Origin: Trypanosoma brucei
Taxonomy: Eukaryota
NCBI GenBank assembly: GCA_000002445.1
Contig: CM000207.1
Coordinates: 448,001-512,000, forward strand
Length of the DNA: 64,000 nucleotides
Direction: 5' to 3'
Below are positions 20,296 through 29,522 of this stretch, piece by piece. Position 1 is the first letter of the stretch; each line of letters opens with the position of its first letter. The notes below the pieces were generated by a model. The model was given only the letters and a program-made list of their open reading frames with translations, was not told the origin of the DNA and did not search any database. Both the position numbers and the translations under genes were made by a program.

Positions 20296-21702
20296 TTACC
20301 GGGCATCCTCTTCCCTTGTGCGCTTTGCCGTTCTCCCACTCTCGTTCCATTGCATCGCCCTCTCTGCGCTGCGTCGACGCCGTTGCAAGAATTCAAAGCT
20401 CCTTTCCCACACCTTCTCCAACTCCAACCGATGCCGCTGAAAGCCAACCCTCGCCAGCTCCAGTGATTCGTCGGTATTCCCTAACCAATACTCCCTGGAA
20501 CCCTCTGTGAGAAGTTTCAGCAGGCGGTCCCAAGCCTCACAGGTGCCCATCGTGCGGGTTACGCGTACTCCCGTCAGAAGAACATAGACGGGAGTTTTGG
20601 CTGCGTGCATTGTCTCCATAATGTGAATAGAACCAGCAACTAATGGGCGGAGGTGTGCAAGTAGGATAGGAAAGCTCGCGCACTCCGGACGACCAAAGAC
20701 AAACATGATTACTCCGCCATCACGAACATGTTTGACAGCGATCTGCAGCTGCGGAACAAGGAAACTAAACCATGGCAACACAGGATGCCCGTCATTCGTG
20801 GGTAGTTCACCGCTGTCGCCACTCGTTTCTTCCTCGCGCTGACCGTAGTCCTGCACGGCACCCCCGTTGACGAAGTAAAAATCCCTTCCCTTGATCGCAC
20901 GGTGCTGTTGCCAGTCCTCCTCCAGTATACTCCCTTCAATTAACTCGAAGCGTCCCTTTGATGTGGGAAAATTTCTCCATGAGGAATCGAAGGCAATCCC
21001 ACCACGGTCAACAGGAAGCGAAACGCCTATCCCAGACCATCGAAGTTCTGTCACAAGGTACTTCGAAACCCCTCCGGGTGCGCATCCAAGATCAAGGAAC
21101 GTAGGTGCCGCCGTGGCATCTCCCGCTGACTGCTGCGTCGGGCGAGAGAGTGCTGGAGGAGCGGTACAGAAGTATTCCGGCGCCACTGTGCGTAAGACAC
21201 GCTTCGCATGATCACAGTACCGCTGGCAGAGTTTACTAACATCGGTTCTCGCAAAGGAGGTAACCGGTGCCACATGTGTGCCGCTGCTCGCCTTCTTGGA
21301 GTCCTCCTCAGGCCCGCCTTGGGTTGAGTGCCTTTGACGTCGCTGATACCACATATCCAGTGCCTCAGACCTCCAACCCTCGTCGCGTTCGGCAATGAGC
21401 GCGCGGTACGCAGTGGACACGGTCAGAAGATAATCCCTCCATCGGCAGCACCGACTACTACCACTGTTAACAACGGGAGCAGAGTTGAGATTCATGGTTT
21501 GCCCATTTTTTTCAAGAACAACGTTATCGGGGGTTTCCATCCAGTGGTACCTCAACCACTTTCCTTCCCTTCCTATAGTGTTTGCAGTCGGTGGTGAACA
21601 CGCTAAAGGATTCCACAGAGGAGGTGTGTGTGTTCGAGTGGGGAGTGGGGCAGGCACCCAACCGAAAAGAGGCACTGCGGATAGAATAGGGTGCACGTCC
21701 AT
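20296..21702 (-). CDS. FtsJ/RrmJ-like ribose 2'-O-methyltransferase domain protein (candidate cap, rRNA or tRNA 2'-O-MTase)
   Basis: The track ORF (start 21879) overlaps the upstream gene by 65 nt. ATG at 21702-21700 (MDVHPILS) is immediately preceded on the coding strand by a polyY tract ending in AG. The SAM-binding motif FLDLGCAPGGVSKYL matches the FtsJ motif DLGAAPGGW. Confidence 0.55.
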   Translation of the reverse strand: MDVHPILSAVPLFGWVPAPLPTRTHTPPLWNPLACSPPTANTIGREGKWLRYHWMETPDNVVLEKNGQTMNLNSAPVVNSGSSRCCRWRDYLLTVSTAYRALIAERDEGWRSEALDMWYQRRQRHSTQGGPEEDSKKASSGTHVAPVTSFARTDVSKLCQRYCDHAKRVLRTVAPEYFCTAPPALSRPTQQSAGDATAAPTFLDLGCAPGGVSKYLVTELRWSGIGVSLPVDRGGIAFDSSWRNFPTSKGRFELIEGSILEEDWQQHRAIKGRDFYFVNGGAVQDYGQREEETSGDSGELPTNDGHPVLPWFSFLVPQLQIAVKHVRDGGVIMFVFGRPECASFPILLAHLRPLVAGSIHIMETMHAAKTPVYVLLTGVRVTRTMGTCEAWDRLLKLLTEGSREYWLGNTDESLELARVGFQRHRLELEKVWERSFEFLQRRRRSAERAMQWNESGRTAKRTREEDAR

Positions 21703-21709
21703 CGTCGCA

Positions 21710-21750
21710 CAACTGCAACAGGATGAGGGAAAGCAACGGAAGGAGTTCTT
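21710..21750 (-). promoter_or_regulatory. Polypyrimidine tract with AG, putative splice-acceptor for the FtsJ-like gene
   Basis: The minus strand reads ctccttccgttgctttccctcatcctgttgcag, then ttgtgcgacg, then ATG. Confidence 0.4.
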
Positions 21751-21814
21751 CGGATGTTGTGAGTTAACGTTACAGTTCGTTCGCTGAGAAAAACATCTCC
21801 ACTGACTCATTATT

Positions 21815-22156
21815 TCAGTTCGCTTCGGGATTCTTCTTACTCCTCTCGATATTGTAAATGTATAATTTCTTGAGGGCACCGTCGGTGCACTGACCGAAGG
21901 CTACGTTCTCCTGAAAGCAGTCCGTTGCCCACCGCTCCCCGGCCTTTTCTTGACATTTCACACCAGTGTTGTACTCTTTTGAACAGAACACCTCCGCGAT
22001 GCCCAACAAGTAGGCGCCCTTCTGCCTTTGGCATACAAAGTTGATATCATCGTTAACACGTGACTGGAGGCATTGTTCAAGGTCGCGGCGCTGCTGATCG
22101 TACGTCTGGGAGAACTTGTCTGCTAGTTGGTTAAATTCCTTTGTATTGCGTGACAT
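21815..22156 (-). CDS. Twin Cx9C (CHCH-domain) small protein, 113 aa; probable mitochondrial intermembrane-space protein
   Basis: ATG verified at 22156-22154. Cysteine spacing C58-x9-C68 (CSKEYNTGVKC) and C80-x9-C90 (CFQENVAFGQC), plus an additional C29-x12-C42 pair. Confidence 0.6.
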   Translation of the reverse strand: MSRNTKEFNQLADKFSQTYDQQRRDLEQCLQSRVNDDINFVCQRQKGAYLLGIAEVFCSKEYNTGVKCQEKAGERWATDCFQENVAFGQCTDGALKKLYIYNIERSKKNPEAN

Positions 22157-22652
22157 TCCCGCCCATTCATTTAAATAGGAAACGAATCGGTCCGATAAAA
22201 GTCAAATAAGTAAATTGAATGAACGAACGATTTATCGCGTCACTCCTGCTCACCTCACCACGCAGTGAAGGTGGTTCTTTGGTCTAAGTATGGGAAATGG
22301 GTGAAATACAGAAAGCACGCATAACAGTACACGGAAGGAGAACGAAGGTTGCTTGAAATGGTACAATGATGTTGCAGTTAAAGTGGTTACGCGTGAAGTC
22401 GATCAAGGAAGTAGGGAATCACGTACGAGAAAGCATAAGGCATTATTTTCGCTTCCCCCTTCACCATCCTCTCATTGAGAGTTTACTTGCTTACGTTAGG
22501 TTTAATCGCCAATTCTTACACACAACGGAAATGCATGCTTGGAGCACCCAAGCTGGCCCCGCGTTGTGCTCCAAAGGGACCTGAAAACACATAACAGCCG
22601 CTACACCGCAATTTTTGCGCGCCACAACGTAGTCCTCTGGATTCCTCACTGA

Positions 22653-23483
22653 CTAGCGATGTCTTTCCAAGAACATGCGCACGCCAGACGTCCCTATCAG
22701 CCTACCAGAAAGGACAGCACGCGCGTTCTGAGCACTCCCCTCATCCACAAAGGAAGCCAATACTCGTTCTTCCAAATCCACGGCGCCGTTATTTCCATTG
22801 GTCGCTTCGTTGAAAGAGGGGTCGAGCGGAAAGGACCTGTTGCTATCAATTTCGCTATCCACGCTTTCCCTTTCGGTGGGCACACTTACGGGGGTGGCGA
22901 TTACAGTGTCCTCAACATCCACTAGTGAAAGAAATCCCTTTGCTCCATTCAATGCTCGGAGTACAAGCGTGCGCGGTGCAGGAGGGACCAGCAGAACATC
23001 AACTAGACATGCCTCTTTCGAACATTGTGTTTCCTTTAATGGAAATATCTCAACCTTCCACTGGCGGCCGCATACCACAGTGTTCTGCAACCGGTCACGC
23101 ATGGCTATGGCTGCTCCCTTGTTCTGCACCTCAAATGTGAGCGTCGCGCCATCTGCCTCCTCCATTATACCCGCCTCCGATATGAACTTGCTTTGAGTTG
23201 GCAGCATGCGCCGGACCATGTGAGTATAAATAGTGTCCATCCTAGTTTGCAAATCGGAGGCGATGAATGAACCGTGGAGGATGTCCGCGTCTGGGGGCTC
23301 ACGTTCTCTTTTGCAGGGACACTTCCTTATACCTTTGGGTTGTTCGACAGAACTGGCGCATTGTTTTCCATCTTCCCGATGTCCGCTACTGTGATCCTCA
23401 CGCTCCAGTTTTTCCATGTTGTGTTTGCCTCTCCTTTTTTCAGGCGAGCCTTTGATACTGTGAATTCGTTCACCACGGGGCAT
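22653..23483 (-). CDS. Hypothetical protein (276 aa), possible RRM-like fold
   Basis: The track ORF starts upstream in a translated polyY tract (MFFFFFLWALLVPIPPLSFL). The first in-frame ATG at 23483-23481 gives MPRGERIHSIKGSPEKRRGKH. The central segment TLTFEVQNKGAAIAMRDRLQNTVVCGRQWKV is weakly RRM-like. Confidence 0.4.
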   Translation of the reverse strand: MPRGERIHSIKGSPEKRRGKHNMEKLEREDHSSGHREDGKQCASSVEQPKGIRKCPCKREREPPDADILHGSFIASDLQTRMDTIYTHMVRRMLPTQSKFISEAGIMEEADGATLTFEVQNKGAAIAMRDRLQNTVVCGRQWKVEIFPLKETQCSKEACLVDVLLVPPAPRTLVLRALNGAKGFLSLVDVEDTVIATPVSVPTERESVDSEIDSNRSFPLDPSFNEATNGNNGAVDLEERVLASFVDEGSAQNARAVLSGRLIGTSGVRMFLERHR

Positions 23484-24128
23484 TTCCGACGAGAATACTT
23501 CAGTTGGGTGACAAAGGTTATTCGTTGAGAGGAATTGATGCGCACTCTCCCTGCACGTTATTCTGGCCTTTTTGTCTGGGTGTGCGTGCGGAGCCGCTTC
23601 ACACGATCTGTGTACAACTACAGCAAACAAATAGATGGGTATTGATAGGAAAGAAAGCGGCGGTATTGGAACCAACAATGCCCACAAAAAGAAAAAAAAA
23701 AACACCGCCTACGGCGGTTTGTGGAGAACAAATAGCGTAGTAACACTAGGATGGAAGCGGAGCACATCCGCAGGGTGTAAAAACGGACAAAAAAACGATG
23801 ATCAGCATCTTCTTCCGTCATATGTGAGGTGTGTTTTCCCATTTTTTTTCTTTTGTGTGTGCGAAAAGAAAGAGGAGAGGGGGAAGAAGTTTCATCACTC
23901 TAGCTAGAGACTATTCCTCCCCCCGTTCAATTCGTACAACTTAGTTTATTCCTACCCCCACCCACTTCGTCTCTGATGGACCAGCGATGCGTCCACCAAT
24001 AAAAGCTCGCGGAGTACAGAGGAGTACGCTTTTTCTATGATGAGCAGGAATACATGGAATAAGTAACGTCACCAACAGCGCGGTTGCAAACGTCGTTTGT
24101 GTGCTTCTTCCATCCTTTTTTTCTTTGT

Positions 24129-27100
24129 TTACTTCTTTTCATCTCCCCCACTTAGTCGCTTTGTCAGTTGTTGTTGTTGCTGCTGCTGTTGCTGCTGCAG
24201 CACCCACGAAGTGGTGATACACCATTTCCCCAGCATATAGTTGTGAAAGGCTGTAGGGCTCACATCTGGGTGTTGCTTTTGCTGTGGTTGCTGCTGCGGT
24301 GAGGAAAAGGAAACGTGTGACCCCTTTATGTTGAATGAATTTGCACTCGCCTCATTTGCGGCTGCGCCTCCACAAACTTCTTGATTGGCGGCTCCCACAA
24401 AACAATCCCGACTACCTGGTTGTTTAGCGCCCGTACCCCCTGCATCGGTGAAGAATGGTAATGTCTCATTTGTAACGAACGGCATTACGCACTCCACCAT
24501 CCTGTTGTCTTGTCGCATGTGTTTCATTAGTGTGACACACCACACATCCGTAGCCAACCGGCACTCCCTATTTAAGTTCCAGAAGGCCTGCATGAGCTCA
24601 CTGAGCAGTTCGTGCTGTCTGGAGTGGGATATACAATCGCCATTTCCTGTGGACCCTGTTTCATACGGTGGTGAAATCTGACGGCAAGAGCTCGGGCAAG
24701 TTCTGCCACCAAGTGTTCCTTTTTTGGGGGTTTCTGCTTCTAAAGGCTCCACATAGCCGCATGCCTCTAATGCCAAACTTAATGCGCCAATAAAAAAGGG
24801 TTGAGGCGAGTGAAACGAACCCCCTTCAGTCTCACTGCTGTCACTCCCGTCTTTTGTAGTGTGGGACTCATCCACACCCGTAGTTGCCGTTGTTTGTGTG
24901 TCGTAATAATCGTCCGTGTTCCTTTCATCCTCTTCTCCAGACGCCATCGGGACTGGATGGGTTTTTGGCAGCCCAACCCTACCGCGGCCTCCACTCTTAC
25001 GTTTCCTTCTGCCATTGCTGCCACCACTCCCGCGGCTGCTGCCCCTACTGCTGATTCTTGTGGGTGACGCCACTTCATGCCGTTCAGAAGTTTGTTTCCC
25101 CACCCTTTCCTGTGCTTGTTTTTCCCCCATCATGCTCAAGCTACAAATTTCCTTCCTGTTATTATTAAGAGAAGGGATGGAGTCACCGCATCCCGACAAA
25201 GAGTTAACGGTGTTCGAGTGCTGACAGCGAGAATACCACTCCTCCGCTAATTCATGATACTCCAGCATAATGTCGACAAAAGCACGATGACAGGGACGTT
25301 TCAGAGAGATGTCGGCGGCACCACTGCCGGTCTGCTGCGGTTTTTGTGACGCTGCCGCCGTCGGTGTTTGCCTTCCTTCCTCTCCGCTTTTATCAAGTAA
25401 TGCGCAGTCGAACCATTTGTCCAGTAACAGCTCTTTAGCACTTGGTCGCCCCGTCTCTGCCGCGCATACGCAGCGCTGCACAAAGGAGGCGAAACTTAGC
25501 GACCACCTCCCCCTCCGTAACCGTGGGAGAGGTCTGTGATGAAGCCGCATCCACCATGGACACGCACCGTCAGCAAGGTGAATGGCAAGTAAGCCAAGCA
25601 TCCAAATGTCGTGCGCGGGTGTGAGAGGGCATCTGGGGTTGTGTGTGTTATGTGTTGCTCGAATCCTTGGACCAGTGGTGTTGAATGCAGCTTTTTTGCT
25701 TGTATTACTCCCGTCTCCATGGGAGGGACGAAGCTTTGAAGTTGGGATCGGGTCGTTATGTGAAGAGGAATCGATGCTTCCACTGTTACCGGTAGAGTTG
25801 ATTGTATTCTCCTCTGTAATGCACTCTGGTGGGGGCAAATACTCTTGTTCCTTAACAGTAAATAAGTGGAGCGCATCCATCGTTGGCGAGTTTCTGAAAC
25901 CCTCGACTGCTTTCAGTGGTAGAGGGTATGCGCTTGAGTAGCAGGAACTTCCACGCAATTGCTCGCAATAACCGCGCGGTCCACTGACCGTTTCTTCACG
26001 GTCTACGCTGTTGCAACATTTTGCGAAAGTGCTAAACAGAGCTTGCTCAACCCTTCCGTAGTATCCGTCGGAAAGAATGACATGGTTAGAAAGCTCTAGC
26101 ATAGCGTCGTTATCCTCTGAATTCGAAATGACTTCTGCAGACGCCCTAGCAGAGGTTGCAGCCTCGTCAAATATTACGGCTGAGCTCCTTCCACTGCTGC
26201 TTCTGGAATGTGTGTGTCTGACGGTAACACTACTATAACGCCTCGTGCCACTGTTTCCCAGTTCGGCGGTTATTGAGGAGGTGAGGGTGCATCCCTTTGG
26301 AGTTAGCGGGGCAACACCATCTTCATTTGCCGCCGCGACAGCTTCCACGACGTGAGAAGTGAGAAAGATGTTTGTTGCCTTCACACTTCCATGCGCTCTG
26401 CCCATGGCGTGAAGAGTCGCAAGTTGTCTTAAAACACTACGGATAATGTTTCGAATAACCACCTCACGGAGCACGTTAGATGGTTGGTTGGTGATCGACC
26501 AGTTAAGAAAAACATCATACACATTTCCTTGCGGAACGAGTGGCAAGGATAACGCAATGGCAAATTGGGGAACCGTTTTTCCTTCTTGTGGCACAGGTGC
26601 ACCGGGTAGGTCACCCCTTGTGGCACTTGGCGTTGTGGTGTCGTGCGCAGGACCAGTTGTACCAATTTTGAAAGTGGAAGCCGTGGTGCCAGTATGCAGT
26701 CGGTCCACAACGGCCCCTTTGCCGTAGTCGAGAGAACTGGGGTAACTTGTACTTTTACTCCTATCCTTTGTACGCGGTACCGAATCGTTGGATGGTCTGC
26801 GAACTCCGGTGGCACCCTTTTTCACGGCTTGGAGCGAGATACCAGATTTGCAAGTCGTATCAGAACTTGGGTTAATGTTTGTCGTCGGAGCCCTGTTGAC
26901 TGAACTTTTCTGTTTTAAGGATGTGCTGAAAGCCTTGGATGCCTTGTTCCCAAAACGAGTAACAGGTTCGGCCTTCACCGTTGGTCCTTGTGGGCATGCA
27001 TCTTCTTTGGTCACCGAAGTTTTGATTTCACCAAGAGAAAAAACCGAGAGACCCAGAATGGGCATCTGACCGCTCAGTATGTTACTGTCCAATCCATCAC

Positions 27101-28406
27101 TTTCCTTGGGTCCGCTTTTCTCGTTGGGAATTGTAGTGGAAAAAGTAAAGTCCCCAATGTCGCCGTCGACTGACGTGGTTACGCCCGCTTGGTATTGGAC
27201 GGTCGGACCCGGTTGGCTGGAAAAACTGCCCCCCGGGCTGTATCCCCTCGCGCCACTTATCACTGATTCCTTCCCACCTCCCACACTCATTTGGTTTCGC
27301 ACGTTCGCGCAACTGTTATTACTAGCAGTGTCTGACACTCTCATCGAAAGCGCAGAAAGTGGCGAGGCCACCACGTCATGTGCCATTTCTCTTGTTACCG
27401 CTAAGCCAACCCGACGTGAAGTTGCCTGGGGACTTACAAAGAACTCCGCGCCCCCAATTTCGCCAATCCTCTTATTGGTCTTCACTAAAGTGTCCACAGA
27501 GTTCATGCCAGTTCCATTCGCCTCTGCAGAAGCTAGTGTAATCCCCTCTCTGCTGCAATGAGTAGTAGATTCCGGTGAAAGGAGGATTTCCTTTAGTTGG
27601 AGTTCCAGTAACTGAGGAAAATCAGCTGGCAAGTTTCCAAAGGCCAGTTCTTCTCCCTCTTGCAAACCGCCACTATTGCGGAGTGGGCTCCCGGGGTCGC
27701 AGCCACCACTGCAACGGTCACGTTGAGGCGTGGGTGAAACTGCCGCACTGTCTGTGCGTGAATTAGGATTAGTTACCACCACTGTCCCATTAAGGGTATC
27801 AGAGAGCTTAGAGAGTCGATGTAACAGGACACCATCAACTACAAATACCCGCACGACACAAGCGGTGTGATTCTTGCACAAAGTACCACGTACAATCCTG
27901 CTTCCACGCCGCACGTTCCGTTGATAATCGGTACCACAAGGCGCATGGGTCTCATTCGGGACTGGAGGCTCGCTCGCGAGACTCGGGTAAATTCCTACGC
28001 TGTTGGTTTGGTGCAGAGGTGGTGGTCGCAGATTTAGATTTGCATATGGAGAAGGCTGCAGAGTCTCACTGTGGGAGGGTCTCGCGAACGTTGCCTTCTC
28101 GGGTGAGCCATTACTCCAGCACTGACGGGTCACGTTCCGCACAATAGACGGGAGACGTTCCTGAGGCCGACGTTTGTTAATTTCCACACCAGCGTAAGCT
28201 TCGTCAAAGATGCGACAGAAAAAACCATTACCCATGCACACCTTCTCCTTCTCCACTGGTGTGGACACGCACTGCTGGTGTTCGGCTACAGACGAAGAAA
28301 ATGTTACCTGTGCTTTGAAAGAACTCGAGAATTGTGGGAGTTGGCGCGGCCGCTGTTTTCGAGGGCCCTTCCCTATTTTCCGCTGCATTTTACTGTTAGT
28401 CAACAT
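24129..28406 (-). CDS. Large protein (~1425 aa) with a degenerate protein-kinase-like domain (probable pseudokinase) and a C-terminal poly-Q tract
   Basis: The track start is a TTG at 28466. The first in-frame ATG is at 28406-28404. Kinase-like catalytic-loop remnant LHAMGRAHGSVKATNIFL (HRD replaced by AHG, catalytic Asp missing). Subdomain IX-like HDIWMLGLLAIHLADGACPW. C-terminal QQQQQQQQQQQ. Confidence 0.5.
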   Translation of the reverse strand: MLTNSKMQRKIGKGPRKQRPRQLPQFSSSFKAQVTFSSSVAEHQQCVSTPVEKEKVCMGNGFFCRIFDEAYAGVEINKRRPQERLPSIVRNVTRQCWSNGSPEKATFARPSHSETLQPSPYANLNLRPPPLHQTNSVGIYPSLASEPPVPNETHAPCGTDYQRNVRRGSRIVRGTLCKNHTACVVRVFVVDGVLLHRLSKLSDTLNGTVVVTNPNSRTDSAAVSPTPQRDRCSGGCDPGSPLRNSGGLQEGEELAFGNLPADFPQLLELQLKEILLSPESTTHCSREGITLASAEANGTGMNSVDTLVKTNKRIGEIGGAEFFVSPQATSRRVGLAVTREMAHDVVASPLSALSMRVSDTASNNSCANVRNQMSVGGGKESVISGARGYSPGGSFSSQPGPTVQYQAGVTTSVDGDIGDFTFSTTIPNEKSGPKESDGLDSNILSGQMPILGLSVFSLGEIKTSVTKEDACPQGPTVKAEPVTRFGNKASKAFSTSLKQKSSVNRAPTTNINPSSDTTCKSGISLQAVKKGATGVRRPSNDSVPRTKDRSKSTSYPSSLDYGKGAVVDRLHTGTTASTFKIGTTGPAHDTTTPSATRGDLPGAPVPQEGKTVPQFAIALSLPLVPQGNVYDVFLNWSITNQPSNVLREVVIRNIIRSVLRQLATLHAMGRAHGSVKATNIFLTSHVVEAVAAANEDGVAPLTPKGCTLTSSITAELGNSGTRRYSSVTVRHTHSRSSSGRSSAVIFDEAATSARASAEVISNSEDNDAMLELSNHVILSDGYYGRVEQALFSTFAKCCNSVDREETVSGPRGYCEQLRGSSCYSSAYPLPLKAVEGFRNSPTMDALHLFTVKEQEYLPPPECITEENTINSTGNSGSIDSSSHNDPIPTSKLRPSHGDGSNTSKKAAFNTTGPRIRATHNTHNPRCPLTPAHDIWMLGLLAIHLADGACPWWMRLHHRPLPRLRRGRWSLSFASFVQRCVCAAETGRPSAKELLLDKWFDCALLDKSGEEGRQTPTAAASQKPQQTGSGAADISLKRPCHRAFVDIMLEYHELAEEWYSRCQHSNTVNSLSGCGDSIPSLNNNRKEICSLSMMGEKQAQERVGKQTSERHEVASPTRISSRGSSRGSGGSNGRRKRKSGGRGRVGLPKTHPVPMASGEEDERNTDDYYDTQTTATTGVDESHTTKDGSDSSETEGGSFHSPQPFFIGALSLALEACGYVEPLEAETPKKGTLGGRTCPSSCRQISPPYETGSTGNGDCISHSRQHELLSELMQAFWNLNRECRLATDVWCVTLMKHMRQDNRMVECVMPFVTNETLPFFTDAGGTGAKQPGSRDCFVGAANQEVCGGAAANEASANSFNIKGSHVSFSSPQQQPQQKQHPDVSPTAFHNYMLGKWCITTSWVLQQQQQQQQQQLTKRLSGGDEKK

Positions 28407-28676
28407 CAAGCAGCCAGGATACCCTCCCACAAATCGGGACGAGCTCACAACAACACTAGTCCACAAAAACGGCAGTCAGCGGAAAGAAGTCAACGGGGTA
28501 GAGCACAAAAGAAACACTTAACTAGTGACAGGGATGGTAAAAGGAATGCATAACACCGGCGATGGAAAGACAACCGAAGAGATCAACGATAGTAGCAATC
28601 AGGGTTAAAAAAAAAAAAGAGGTGTGGGTGCGGCACCCTTTTTTTTTGTACTACTTGAGGCCCTGTTGTACGCACA

Positions 28677-28696
28677 AATATATATATATATATATT
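28677..28696. repeat. (TA)n microsatellite, ~10 units
   Basis: Direct read; intergenic. Confidence 0.85.
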
Positions 28697-29522
28697 TGTG
28701 CAAGCTTATCATCGCCACCTCATACCCTTCGGAGAGAACTGACAGTCTACCTCACAACCGTGCTGAAACAAATGCGTGGACCGCTATCCCGTCCCCATTC
28801 TCGCCTCATTCCAATCGTTTCAACTCTCTTCCCTCTTCAAAATGCATGAAAGCAACAAACCAAAGCAAATGTGAGAAATTATTGGAAAAAAAAAAGGGAA
28901 AAGAAAGGAGGCCTTTGGGTGAAGCGAAAATAACATTAAAAAGAGATTGATGGGAACTAATGCGACTCAAACTTCCGGGGTGTGTCGCCGCGGTCAGTTA
29001 ATAATATACCGCCTTTTATGTACTGCCTTCTCACCGGTGGACAAAAGGAAGCAACCGAGATGAGGGAACAGCACCAAAAGACAAAAGACAAAAAGAGAAA
29101 AGCTGCGTCGGCATACACTAGATAAAGAGGGAAAAAAACATTGAAAAGGGGAAAACAAGTGCGATCAAGGAGGCAAAAAAAGAAAAATAAAGGAAAATCA
29201 TCGAACTGGGCAACAAAAAAAAAACGCCATCCGACCCTAGTACAAGAACTAAGCAAACAAAGAGAAAGGGTGAGCGACAACGACAGCAAAGATACTATAA
29301 ACGATTGACGCACATATACACATACATCGAACGTGCTAGCAAGACCTACGCCGTAACAAAAAAAACATGTTAACTCGAAAATTAAGCGAGGACTCTCTTT
29401 CTCCTCTTTTCACCACTCAGAGGTTATAAATAACCGCACAACTGCATCTCCCCCCTTTCGTCGTTTCGCATCCACACAAGTGATTCCCGTTCATTCCGGC
29501 ACTTTCACTACTACTGACTCCG

